DNA of 63,859 nucleotides. Source: Callorhinchus milii (Eukaryota). A model generated the notes under the pieces. The model ran no database searches and was not told the origin of the DNA. It saw only the letters and a list, made by a program, of their open reading frames with translations. The DNA is taken from the NCBI RefSeq assembly GCF_018977255.1, contig NW_024704805.1, positions 124,142 through 188,000 of the forward strand. The letters run 5' to 3'. A program made the position numbers and the translations under genes. The stretch's first letter is position 1. Every line of letters begins with the position of its first letter. Below, one piece after another: positions 53,705 to 63,859 of the stretch.

Positions 53705-54690
53705 ATGAGGCTGTTTGCTGTCTGTCTGGTGCTGGGAACCTTTATTCCAGGTGAGACCGTGTTGAGCTAATTCAGTTTTGGTGATGATGGTGAGCATTTC
53801 TTCAGCATCAATTTGTGAACGGTAACCTGTAGTTCAGTGTTGAGAGCTCTCGCCTCGCAAACGAGAGGACCTGGATTGGATTCCCGGGCATGATGAATAG
53901 TTAAGCAGGTTTGTTTTACTCCATAAGCACACACACGCCTCTGTTTACCCAGCTGTAAATTGGAGTCCCAATGCTCCGTAACTCGATGTAATATTCCTTC
54001 TAAATATTAATTCAATTGAAACGTTTTTAGTGGTGTATCTGATCTATTTCCATGGAAAATAATCCGTTTTTAAAAATAATTGTTTGGCAGTGTATTCCAG
54101 GAATGTTATTTTAGGCAATGCTGTGTTAAATTGGATGTCCTTTTTAGCGCACAAAAATACACAGCATAACTCGAGAATAAATTCCGTGAAAAGCATCCAG
54201 ACCTCTCAAGAAAGTGATAATGCTTTTTATAAAATCCTTTGATTACTATTAACTCATGTTTAACAAAGGACGTACGCATAGCGCATTTCTCGACGGGAGG
54301 ATTTTCAAATGCGCTCAAAATGTAATTGAGGCAACGAGTGAATAATATAATTTTGTGCTCTTCCATCTTTATTGCAGACCTCTGTGATGGTAATTCCGTC
54401 AGTCAGAAAGCTGTCACGATGGTTAAGAAAGAAGGAGAAATTGTGATTTTGCAATGTACTTATTCCACGACTGGAAGCTACTACTATCTCTATTGGTTCC
54501 GACATTACTCAGACAAACAGCCGGAGTTTATAATTTGGAAATATTCTGGGAGTGACAATCAAGATAAAGGAATAGGATTTGGAAACCGTTTCACTGCTCA
54601 CCTGCAGAAATCCAACTCATTCATCAGTTTATCCATCTCTGAGCTGGTGGTATCTGACAGCGCTGTGTATTACTGCGCCTTTATTCTCAC
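53705..54690 (+). CDS. TCR delta/alpha V segment (leader 53705-53750, V exon 54378-54690), apparently functional
   Basis: MRLFAVCLVLGTFIP-D-LCDGNSVSQK...ILQCTYSTTGSYYYLYWFRH...DSAVYYCAFILT; RSS cacagtg 54691-54697, 23 bp, acaaaaact 54721-54729. Confidence 0.92.
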
Positions 54691-56689
54691 CACAGTGATG
54701 GACTGCAATGCACGTCTCCTACAAAAACTGCCTTCACTTTGTACATAGGGACGATCTGCCTATAACCAGACTCAGAGGAAACCGGAATAACCTCACACCA
54801 ACTTGTCAGATAAAGTTTTACATAATTATATGTAACAATAAATGCAGAACACAATGAATGCTTGAGTTAGGTGTTACACGTCCAGTTACTATTTAACTAA
54901 TTTGATTTGTAAATGTGTAAAACAAATTATGTTTCTTTTGTTTTACTAATTGACCGGAGTCCTGTGGCGGAGTGGGAATAATCCTCGACTCCCAAACTAG
55001 AGGACCCGGGTTCGATCCAGAGCCTGGTGAAACCATAGGCAAGTTTCATCGCTCCTCACACAGGCTTTTGTTTATCGAGGAGTGACTAAGGACCCGATTG
55101 TAAATCGATAAACGGGTCGCTTTTCCAAGAGGTAATAATCCCTTCAAATTAATGTTGATCACTCATTCCCTGACTGTTCAGTTGGATAACAAAAAAAATC
55201 ACACGGACGACATGAAATAACAGCGATATCCTGAGAGAGCAAAATCAGTGTTCGGGTGGATAGTGTTTGTGACAGTCGCTGAGGGTGATGTAATAAATCT
55301 CTGTATCAAATGGAATCATTATTTTTATTATACCATTGTGTTATTGACAGACTACACCGCTGTAAATAAATCACTAAAGAGGAGAGAGCGGGTTTGAACT
55401 CAGCGCAGATGTTAGTCTGACAGTTGACCTATTTAGCAAGTCCTATTAAGGTTTGGGGAATTCTTGGTAGAAAGATATCTGAAGGAGAGGTTGAAGTGGA
55501 AGCTTTTGAACTGGACGGTTTTAATCTGATCGAAATATTCATATTTATGGTGTACTGTCCACATTGCACACCCGGTTATCCTAACCAAGATTTTAGGTTG
55601 GATACTTCAACTCCTCCGAACACATGGACCTGACATTCTCCTGAAATGCCAATAGATGTCGCCATATAATAATTCAATAAAACTGACTGTTTTACAGCAG
55701 CTTTCACATCAGGAGGACACCTCATTAGCTCTTAGCACTGCAAATAATTTGGATAATTTAGCTTAGTGGTTAGAGCAATAGTGTTACAAGCGAGAGGACC
55801 TAGTGTCGATTCACTGGTTGAAAAAAATATCAGTATACTTATTTCAAGCGTCTCTTTGTTTAGCTGACAATAAGTAGGAACTCACTTGTTACTCCATTGG
55901 TGGATAAATAAAAAGGTTTTTTTTTTAAAAAAGAAAACATATTCATAGTTTTTTCATCAAGAAAATAAATACTTGAGTAAAACATTAAATCGTTCGCTCA
56001 ATCTTTGATTGTTTTCGGGACATTGCGGTGCACAACTGCATGATTTATTTTTCAAACACAATATTTAGTTAACCGATCAGTGTACTTTGTGAATCTCGTT
56101 GGGTCCTGATAAGAATCCGTGTACAATGCAAAGATTATTATGATTCTAAGGAGAAAACGGCCTCCAACATAATCAAAACTATCGCCTCTCCCTCACACAC
56201 ATCCCCAAACTGCTTTGCCCTCCCAGTCCATCGTTCAAGTCGAAAAATAATCCCAAACTTCTGATTCCACTTGAGTTCAGCTCCTCCTCACATCCCTACA
56301 TCACCGCAATGTTCAAGACCAATGATATTTCTGAAAAAAATTAATAAAATTAACAATCCTTTCATTTTATGCAGTGCCTGATTACGTCAACGAAACACCA
56401 CCAAACACATTACGGAATATACTGTAAAGCGTAGTGAATGTGTTTGTCGGCGAAATGCAACAAACCATTGGCACCTCCCATAAGAGGCGGCGTCCCATAT
56501 TTACTGATGGATCAATAATTCAATTATTAATATATTGTAGCGATTTTTACCGCTGGAAAGCGATGCAACATTCGAAAAGCAAGTGGGGTTGCGCTTAGGA
56601 CTAAAAAGAGTGTTTGTTTGTTTGTTTGTGGGGATGTGTGTGCAGCAAGGAAGCTTTCCTACCGATTCAAAGAAAGACAGCTGGAGGGA

Positions 56690-56815
56690 GAGAGAGAATG
56701 TTTGTGAGAGAGAACGAAATACACACGGACAGACAGACAGACAGACAGACACGCACACACACACAGACACACAGACACAACGACACACAGACACACAGAC
56801 ACACTGGCATAGAAA
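56690..56815. repeat. Compound (GA)/(GACA)/(CA) microsatellite
   Basis: Directly visible. Confidence 0.9.
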
Positions 56816-57561
56816 CAGATAATCCGACTTATTCATTATTAAAAATAATCTTTGTATTTAAGTAAGTACATTACCATATCGTAAGTGGTGATACACCTCT
56901 TCACATAATATGCTGAGAATTGATCATCATATTAGCTGCCTTCCCTTCCTCCTACATAGCCCCCTGCATCTCTTCATCTGTTTGTCACCCCTTCTATTCC
57001 CACGGTTTATATAACCACCGCACCCCATACTCATTACCACAATTTCTCCATCCTCATCCACCCATCATTACCCATATCTCGGTAACGGACTGCTGCCTTG
57101 ACCGGCTTCCCCGTCCCGCTGCTGATCACTGTAACAGAATTCACGCCAACTCAAAGGTGTGTAAGCAGTTTCTTTATGTGACTTTCCCAAGTGCCAGTAA
57201 AATCCTCTCTACATCACACAACCTTTGTCCTACTCACTGTGTCAGATTATACTCCGTCTCGTTGGCTTCTCCGTCAATTGTCCATTTAAACCTAAATGAG
57301 ACTGGAACCGTCATTCACAAAGCCCCTCTCTGCCCACTGCTCTCGGGCACAGTTAGTCAGTCCCTTTTAAAATGTATGTTCTTCCCCTCCACCCCTAAAT
57401 TACCCACCTTCCACCCCTCAAAGCCGCTGACACCAGCCATGATGTGACGCGCTGTTCAATACAAATAAACCAAGTCTCCAATTCTCTTACAGAACAGCCC
57501 ATTGTTACTCACATTCACTCTGAGGTGTCCGAGGCTGACGGTATCTCCCAGCGGTGAGAGG

Positions 57562-58286
57562 ATGTCTCTCCTCTGTGTCTCCATCTCCTTCCTCTTCTTA
57601 CACTGTAAGTGTTTGTTTCCATAACGCAACACGACACAGCGCCAGTGAACGTCATCGTAATAATGTGCAATATAATAATTATAATAATAATCCTTGCATT
57701 GATATTTTGCTTTATCACTTCGACGAGACGCTTTAAAGTGCTTCTCGTAATACATTGTGAAGTTAAATGACTGTTATTTTTGGGAGGAAATGCGAGAGGG
57801 AATTGCTATCAATTACATAATGATAATTATATTATATATTAAAATTATTTGTATGAATTGGTATTATAATTATATTGTATTTCGTGATTATACTATGTTA
57901 ATGGATATCAGTCAAAATCAAGCCAGCGCTAGCGATATAATTTCCATAGCATTGGTGATTGTTGAAGACCTGATAAACTTATGTTATATTGTGTGTAATT
58001 TACAGATGTTTTCAGTGCCTCAGTAAAGCAAACGCCATCCGCTCTTAGGAGACAAGAATGCGATTCTTTGACCATCAACTGTATCTTTGAAGCAGAGTCT
58101 TATGAAACTTTCAGTAAGATGGAATTTTACAGAAAATCTCGAAACGAGAGAGATTGGAAGCGGATTCCTCTTGAAGCACGCTTTGTTGTGAAAACAGACA
58201 AGGAATCGTTGTCTTATTCTCTGGAAATTAATGATTTGTAAGTTCAAGACAGCGCTGACTACAAATGTACAGCTCGTTACAGGTAC
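57562..58286 (+). pseudogene. NTCRV: NAR-TCR V segment (IgNAR/VNAR-like; leader 57562-57604, V exon 58006-58286) with one in-frame stop
   Basis: MSLLCVSISFLFLH-Y-VFSASVKQTPSALRRQECDSLTINC...FYRK...RFVVKTDKESLSYSLEINDL*VQDSADYKCTARYR. This matches the VNAR pattern (VDQTP...GESLTINC...YRK...SFSLRINDL.VEDS..Y.C) with its short HV2 region and an extra FR1 Cys. TAA at 58239-58241. RSS cacaatg 58287-58293, 22 bp, acaagaagc 58316-58324. Not detected by the supplied ORF track. Confidence 0.88.
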
Positions 58287-58640
58287 CACAATGGTTTATC
58301 AGGACTTCACATAATACAAGAAGCCCCTGCACCACGTCGAAGTAAAAACACAGAGAATTTGAACTTGTCAATGAATTCAATGAACATTCTTCATTTGTAT
58401 GTAGTGTACAATGATATTTAATCTTTAACGAACGACCAATATTTATGCATATTTCGGAAGGAATATCGGTATGAATGCACAGTGGAAATCTGCTGGGATT
58501 AGCATAACTAATAATTTACTCCACGAGACAGACGGCATGTCAAGGCAAACGAAGACAATTTTCAAAAGTTTGTTAAACTTTATGTCATTGATTGACCATT
58601 TGTGAACGGAGAGAACATTTCAGCTGTTTTTGAAACCATT

Positions 58641-58712
58641 GGTTTTTGTACTTACAACCAATACTGTGTTGGGGTTCGAATGATCACATTGGGAATTATC
58701 AGCACAAATACT
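58641..58712 (+). other. NTCRD: NAR-TCR D segment (coding 58669-58684, ttggggttcgaatgat) flanked by two 12-bp-spacer RSS
   Basis: ggtttttgt 58641-58649, 12 bp, tactgtg 58662-58668; D; cacattg 58685-58691, 12 bp, acaaatact 58704-58712. Confidence 0.88.
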
Positions 58713-58851
58713 GTGCAACTTTTTTTTCTCAATACGACGGTCTATATTACCGATGACGGTTTCCTATTTAATGCTGCTGAATGTGTCTAAATATTGCTTT
58801 CAAAATTTATTATTTCATGAGGACATTTTCTGGAATTATTTGCAGAGAGGT

Positions 58852-58930
58852 GTTCTTTGTGCCGTGCACTTTGTCTGTGTTTGGGTGGAAATAATATTGT
58901 TAATAAACATGATTTGGACAAACGAAAATT
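58852..58930 (+). other. Candidate second NAR-TCR D segment (degenerate 12-D-22)
   Basis: gttctttgt 58852-58860, 12 bp, gtctgtg 58873-58879; G-rich core tttgggtggaaat; 3' heptamer degenerate (aatattg), 22 bp, acgaaaatt 58922-58930. Confidence 0.45.
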
Positions 58931-59028
58931 ATGATGATGGGACCACTGTTGAAGAGATAAGAAATATTGAGCAATTTGTCAGGATTGGGTTGTATTAGTG
59001 ACAGAATTTCACAGTGATCTGACATAAC

Positions 59029-59114
59029 AGTTTTTGCACCTTATAGAATGAGAGCTGTGTGACTGTGGTATTATAATGAAGATGGATCAGGAACCAAAGT
59101 TACTGTAACGAAAA
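59029..59114 (+). other. NTCRJ: NAR-TCR J segment (coding 59068-59114, YYNEDGSGTKVTVTK) with 5' 23-RSS and phase-1 donor
   Basis: agtttttgc 59029-59037, 23 bp, gactgtg 59061-59067; IgNAR-type DGxGT motif rather than TCR FGxG; donor gtaagt at 59115. Confidence 0.9.
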
Positions 59115-60581
59115 GTAAGTGAGTCAAAATTCTATCGAAATTAAATGAAGCTTCATTCCAATGAATTTGCGAAATGCACTGTTTGACTAATTGATACCAA
59201 TTATTTACAACTGTGCCATTTGAACAAATCCACCCCACCAATTATCATGACGAATTTTTTGTGATGTGCAAAAGGGAAACTGACTCCGCTGTGAGGCTTG
59301 TTAGAGGAATTGGCACACTTTTTTCACCTTGTTCTGTACTGTAATTGATTTTTGCAAACGAACAAGTCCAGGGAATTTGTATGTAAAATCACGTAACCAA
59401 TTTATGCAATAGTGGTTGGATCAAAATATGTATTACTATCCCTACCTTATTCTATTCTCCCAAGATGTGGGGCCTCGTTCGAACTGAACTGGCACCAGTG
59501 TGAAATATTCTACAACTTGCTGCCTTCCATCAACCTCCATTTCTGACTTAAGTTTATCGAACTGAAATGTTAATTTCAGAGAGAGAGAGAAAGCCCTTTA
59601 CTTCTGCTTCAAGTGAAACTGCATTGAGCAGCTCACAGACTGGGAGAGAAACTGATATTGGCAACAAACCAGAGACATAACCGCCTCCAGCAGCGGTGTT
59701 AAAGTAACGGCATTTACAGCAGTGAAAGTTTCCATTTCCCTCAATTGTAAACCCAGTGAGTTAACGGTACAAACTGACACCTGATTCTCTGCTAAACATT
59801 CCCATGATCACAGACAGCCAAAGCCTCAATGTGGATAATCAGCTTCAGCAAACCAGTATAAGGTTCGACAAACAAAGCTTAATTAGACGTGCGTTTATGA
59901 GAGATCATCTCAATTGTGTCACAGAAATAGTCACACTATTTGCACCAAAATCTGGGTCATCTACAAGAGCTCTGTATAATTAATCCCTTCCAAATTTCTT
60001 TCTATCACATTTACAACAGTAATCCTGACATTTGTTGAAAAGCATTTCACGTACAAATTACGAATGATGTCAAGGCCTTCGAAAGGGAACTTAGGTTTTT
60101 TTACTCTGGTGATTCCAGTGAAGAGAGGCTGCATTTATGTGAAGAGACTGCTGTTCGGCAGTGTTCTCCGTAGAGCAGCTAGGATGAGGGGAGATTTAAA
60201 TAATTTTTCAAAACTGTTAAAGATTTTGATAGGGTAGATCAGGAGAACTTGATTCCAACGTCCAGTGCATCAGTTTCCAGAGAAAACAAGTTTAAAATAA
60301 TTGTTAAAAAAAAGAGAGGGAAGATGAGAAAAACTGTGTGCACGGGCAAAGATTTTACAAACTGCAATTTACTCCATGAAACTGTGATGCAAGCAGATTG
60401 TATGATAAACTTCAAAGGGAAATGGAAGAAATAAGTTGCAACGCGACGGGGTGAGATAATGGGATCGGGAATAGATGGACTGCTCTTTCATAGAGAACTT
60501 AAAGGCAATGTGGGACGAGTAGTCTCTTTTTGTGCTATACGATTCTATGATTCTAAGTAACTTAAAAATAAAACCCCACAG

Positions 60582-60882
60582 GATCAAGTAATGCAATTTG
60601 CAAGATACAGCGCCAAGTGTCGGCTTCTGCTGGTGAGACCGTTTCATTGCATTGCAAATATATATTATTCATTGAAGAAAATTTCATCATCTACCGGTAC
60701 CGTCAGTTCTCTGGTGAGGCAATGAAATACCTGCTCCAAAAAAATCCTCAGTAGAGGGAGTGAACCCCACCGGAGAACGTATTTCTGCTTCTCTTGACAC
60801 TGCCAAGAAAATCAGCGTTTTAAAAATCGCTGGCCTGCGGCTGACAGACTCCGCTATGTATCACTGCGCACTCAGTCTGCAC
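60582..60882 (+). pseudogene. STCRDV: Leaderless supporting TCR delta V of the NAR-TCR cassette, frameshifted as assembled
   Basis: Phase-1 acceptor cag 60579-60581, in frame with the J donor: SSNAICKIQRQVSASAGETVSLHC...IYRYRQF...YLLQK, then -1 nt in an A7 run (about 60737-60743), ...GERISASLDTAKKISVLKI...DSAMYHCALSL. W41 codon is CGG. RSS cacagtg 60883-60889, 23 bp, acaataacc 60913-60921. No leader exon seen in 59115-60581. Confidence 0.8.
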
Positions 60883-61954
60883 CACAGTGACACACATCAT
60901 AGGAAACCTCGTACAATAACCCTTATCACAACCAAAGATGGAAAACAACAAAGTACAGTTAGTGACAGACGGTAAAATAAGCCCTCTCCCAACTGGAGCC
61001 GTAGCTTACACCTGATCGAGTTTATATCAAGTCAATTAAAGTATATTATATTTATACTGAACGCTAGAAACTCTGGAACCCCCATCAATCTTTTCACAAT
61101 GCATTTCCCACAATCCCATCCCCAGCTCCTAAACTATTTTTTAAATCCAGCCTCAAAGACGTTCTTTGATGTTCACCCCTTGATTTTGGAATGGCTTTCG
61201 CCAAAATTCAACAGATTTTTTTAACTGTTTGATCGATATTTGACGGTTTTTGATTGCACTAAAAGCTCACTTATAGGAACTATGTGCACCAAACAATTCT
61301 TTTGTTGTTTCTACCATTAAGCATTTAGCTTCGGTTTAAGGTGTTTCACAGCAGGAAACGTCCCAAAGCACTACACATGAAACAGTATAGAGTAAGTTAA
61401 CTTTGTGATTAGAAGGAGAAAGACAATTTGGACAGAGTACGTTCCTACAAACATAAATGAAGTGAATGACCAATCTATAAAAAATATATAATAGAGCCTG
61501 TATGGAGCAAGGATTCATCCGCAGCATTTCGACATGCCAGGAATGGAACCCACGTCTCCCGTTTGCAAGTGATTTTCCAGTAATAAAGCACCAGGACTCC
61601 ACATTTAGATACGCTACCAGCATTGCATGAGAGCGTCACCTTACACATACAAGGCCCAGTTCCGTAAAAGGGTCCTCTGTACACGATCTTCTGACGCAGA
61701 GAAGTACCCATCACTGCTGTTTTGACTGTTGCTTCCACATCAGTTATCATGCCCAATTCAAGACACAAACTTTTATCTCCCAAGCTCCGTTCAAACCATT
61801 TAGATGCCCACTTGGATAGATGGAGCTGAAGCTGATCAATTCGTTATTGTTGGTCCTGATGTGTAAGACATTCTCCCTCACCATTAAAACTGTATGGGAA
61901 TTTACATCTGGCCTTTGTTTCTCATGAATAACGTGGTCTATCTGGCGATAGTTG

Positions 61955-62291
61955 CAGCGAACAGAGTCAGCGTTGAACCATCACAGATGGAAGTGTCTGT
62001 TATTGAAGGCCAGACTATCACCCTGAGCAGCAGCTTCTCTGCTGATTTCACCGATGTTTAGATATTCTGGTCCCATCAGTTTCCAGGGAAGTCTCATCTG
62101 AGGGAATCTCACACAGTGGCATGATTTTAACGGGGAAACTTTCGGTGCTGAATTTGCAACACAATGTTTCACTACTAATCTGGATACGAGGAGGGAGAGA
62201 TCCACTGGAAATGTGCTCCCGGCGTCTCTACCTGACACGGCCACACATTGTGCCATTACACACTGTCAGACGACACCACTGTACCTAAACC
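61955..62291 (+). pseudogene. Heavily decayed V pseudogene
   Basis: VSVIEGQTITLSSSF...DV*IFWSHQFPGK, frameshift, AEFATQCFTTNLDT...DTATHCAI; heptamer cacactg 62259-62265 with shortened 17-bp spacer and acctaaacc. Confidence 0.7.
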
Positions 62292-63327
62292 TCCTTATGG
62301 GAGAGAAAGGGATTCATCTCAGCACCGACGTTAGTCTTGACAGTTGACCTATTTCACAGATTATGGCTTTGCTGCTGTATCTCTCGGTGGAAACATGTGA
62401 CGCATTCCCACCACAAGCAAACAGTTATAGAATGGTTCATGTACTGAAAGAGTGCAAGAAATATTATGAACACTTGCATTTAATACAACGCCTTATCATG
62501 TATTCTGGACGCCCCAATGCGATTCACAGAATCTAGTGTAAAGCGAACTGACTGGCAATTGACTGATTGATACAGTCAATACACAACGCGTTATATCATG
62601 CGTCATGCTTTGAGTTGTCCCATTTTCATTGTATCTTTGATCCGTTGTCCACAGATTTCGGGCCATTTTTTTCATTAAAGATTATCTGTGCACTCTTAAG
62701 TGATATATTGTGTGGTCATTGATGTTTTGTTGTGAAAGATAATTTAATCGAGCAATGAATTTCATTCGTATCAATTAACAATTATAATAACGTCCACTAG
62801 GTTTCCATATTAATCTGTTGCACCTTCTGAGTCAGTTACTTATTTCGCAGTTTGAAGATAATTGGCAAAAGAAGCAGAGGGGTGAAGAACAGACTGTTTT
62901 TAAGCAATCGACGTGTTAAGGTTTAGAATGCGCATTGTGAAAGTGTGGTGCCAACAGATTCGACAGTAGCTATCAAAACTGAATTGGACTGCAACTTACT
63001 GGACTGGACTGTACTGAACTGGAAAAGAAGAATTGCATGGCGTGGGGGAAAGTTTCTCGAGTGGGACTGAATATTTAGCTCTTTCATTGAGTCGAAACAG
63101 TCACAATGGAGCGAATAGCCTCCTTCTGTTCTGCTATAATCGACTATCCTATAGTTCTATGGTTTGAGTCACAAAAGTATAATTGATTGCAAAGTGTTTC
63201 TGATCACGAAGACCTTCTGCACTTTACCAATTGGGCGACAGCACACGTTGTGACTGCTGGGGCTGGAGCCAATCGTCTCAAATATCCTACAAGTAATCAA
63301 TGGGCATCTGCAGATAGATCTCAGACG

Positions 63328-63859
63328 ATGGAGGGAATTGTGATCTGTGTGATTCTGGCTGTTTTTCTACCAGGTGATCAAGTAAGGCAAATAGCTAAAC
63401 TTTAAGGCAATGTTCAAAATAGATTGCATGGCTTTTATTGGTGGAATATTGCAGATCAGCATACAGAGCGCTCACCTCGCAAGCGACAGATCAGTGTTCG
63501 ATACCCCTCAGGGCGAAACATTGGGCTTCTTGAATTACTCCACTCGGAAATTTTGCGAACCTTTTGTCAGCCCATTGGTGGATCGTTAAATCAGGTGGAA
63601 TAATTCTTCCAAGAAAAAAATAATAAAGTAGTCATTTAATCTATGCTGTTTGTGGGACACTGCTGTGCGCAATTGGTTGCCAGGTAGTTTTTTCACAAAA
63701 TATACATTCAATTCACTTCACAGTATATTCTGCGATGTATTGTGAAACGTTAGAAGACGCCAAAATGTGCTATATGAAACGTAAGTTTTTTTTTCCATCT
63801 GTTCATTTTTAATTTATTTTACGCTTTTGTTTTAGGTCTGACCCGGGGAGATTCTCTAA
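63328..63859 (+). CDS. TCR V segment truncated by the window end (leader 63328-63373, V exon from 63836)
   Basis: MEGIVICVILAVFLP + G|gtgatc; acceptor tttag 63831-63835; GLTRGDSL resembles the start of the 52593 exon. Confidence 0.75.

Noticed and set aside
59600-59790. Weak FR1-like peptide (VTAFTAVKVSISLNC) between the NAR J and the supporting V
   Set aside because: No acceptor, WYRQ, YxC motif or RSS; likely chance.
1-63859. TCR J/C exons, IgH V (VH-delta/TAILV), RAG-like transposase, CRISPR or other prokaryotic systems
   Set aside because: No RSS-flanked FGxG J, constant exon, VH-type framework or long ORF was seen; the sequence is vertebrate.

Overview
Eukaryotic, AT-rich, SINE-dense DNA from a cartilaginous-fish T-cell receptor alpha/delta (TRA/TRD) locus. 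The NAR-TCR cassette fixes Chondrichthyes; a holocephalan such as Callorhinchus is my unverified guess. There are no conventional genes. Instead there are 22 variable segments, all on the + strand, mostly built as a phase-1 leader exon, an intron, a V exon and a 23-bp-spacer RSS (about 7 intact, the rest damaged, incomplete or uncertain). Positions 8827-52550 are a tandem duplication (about 25.4 kb + 18.3 kb) of nested V-gene units. Part of it (about 23.2-26.9 kb, beyond a 25-N gap) looks like a collapsed-paralog consensus artefact. Near the end lies a complete NAR-TCR cassette: leader, IgNAR-like V with 22-RSS, 12-D-12, 23-RSS J (DGSG), then a leaderless supporting V-delta. It is damaged by only three point lesions. 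The most striking extras are (1) an otherwise intact V gene whose leader intron has AT-AC termini in U2-type context, and (2) a conserved, uniformly oriented CTCF-like plus E-box/ETS module downstream of 12 V genes from three families.
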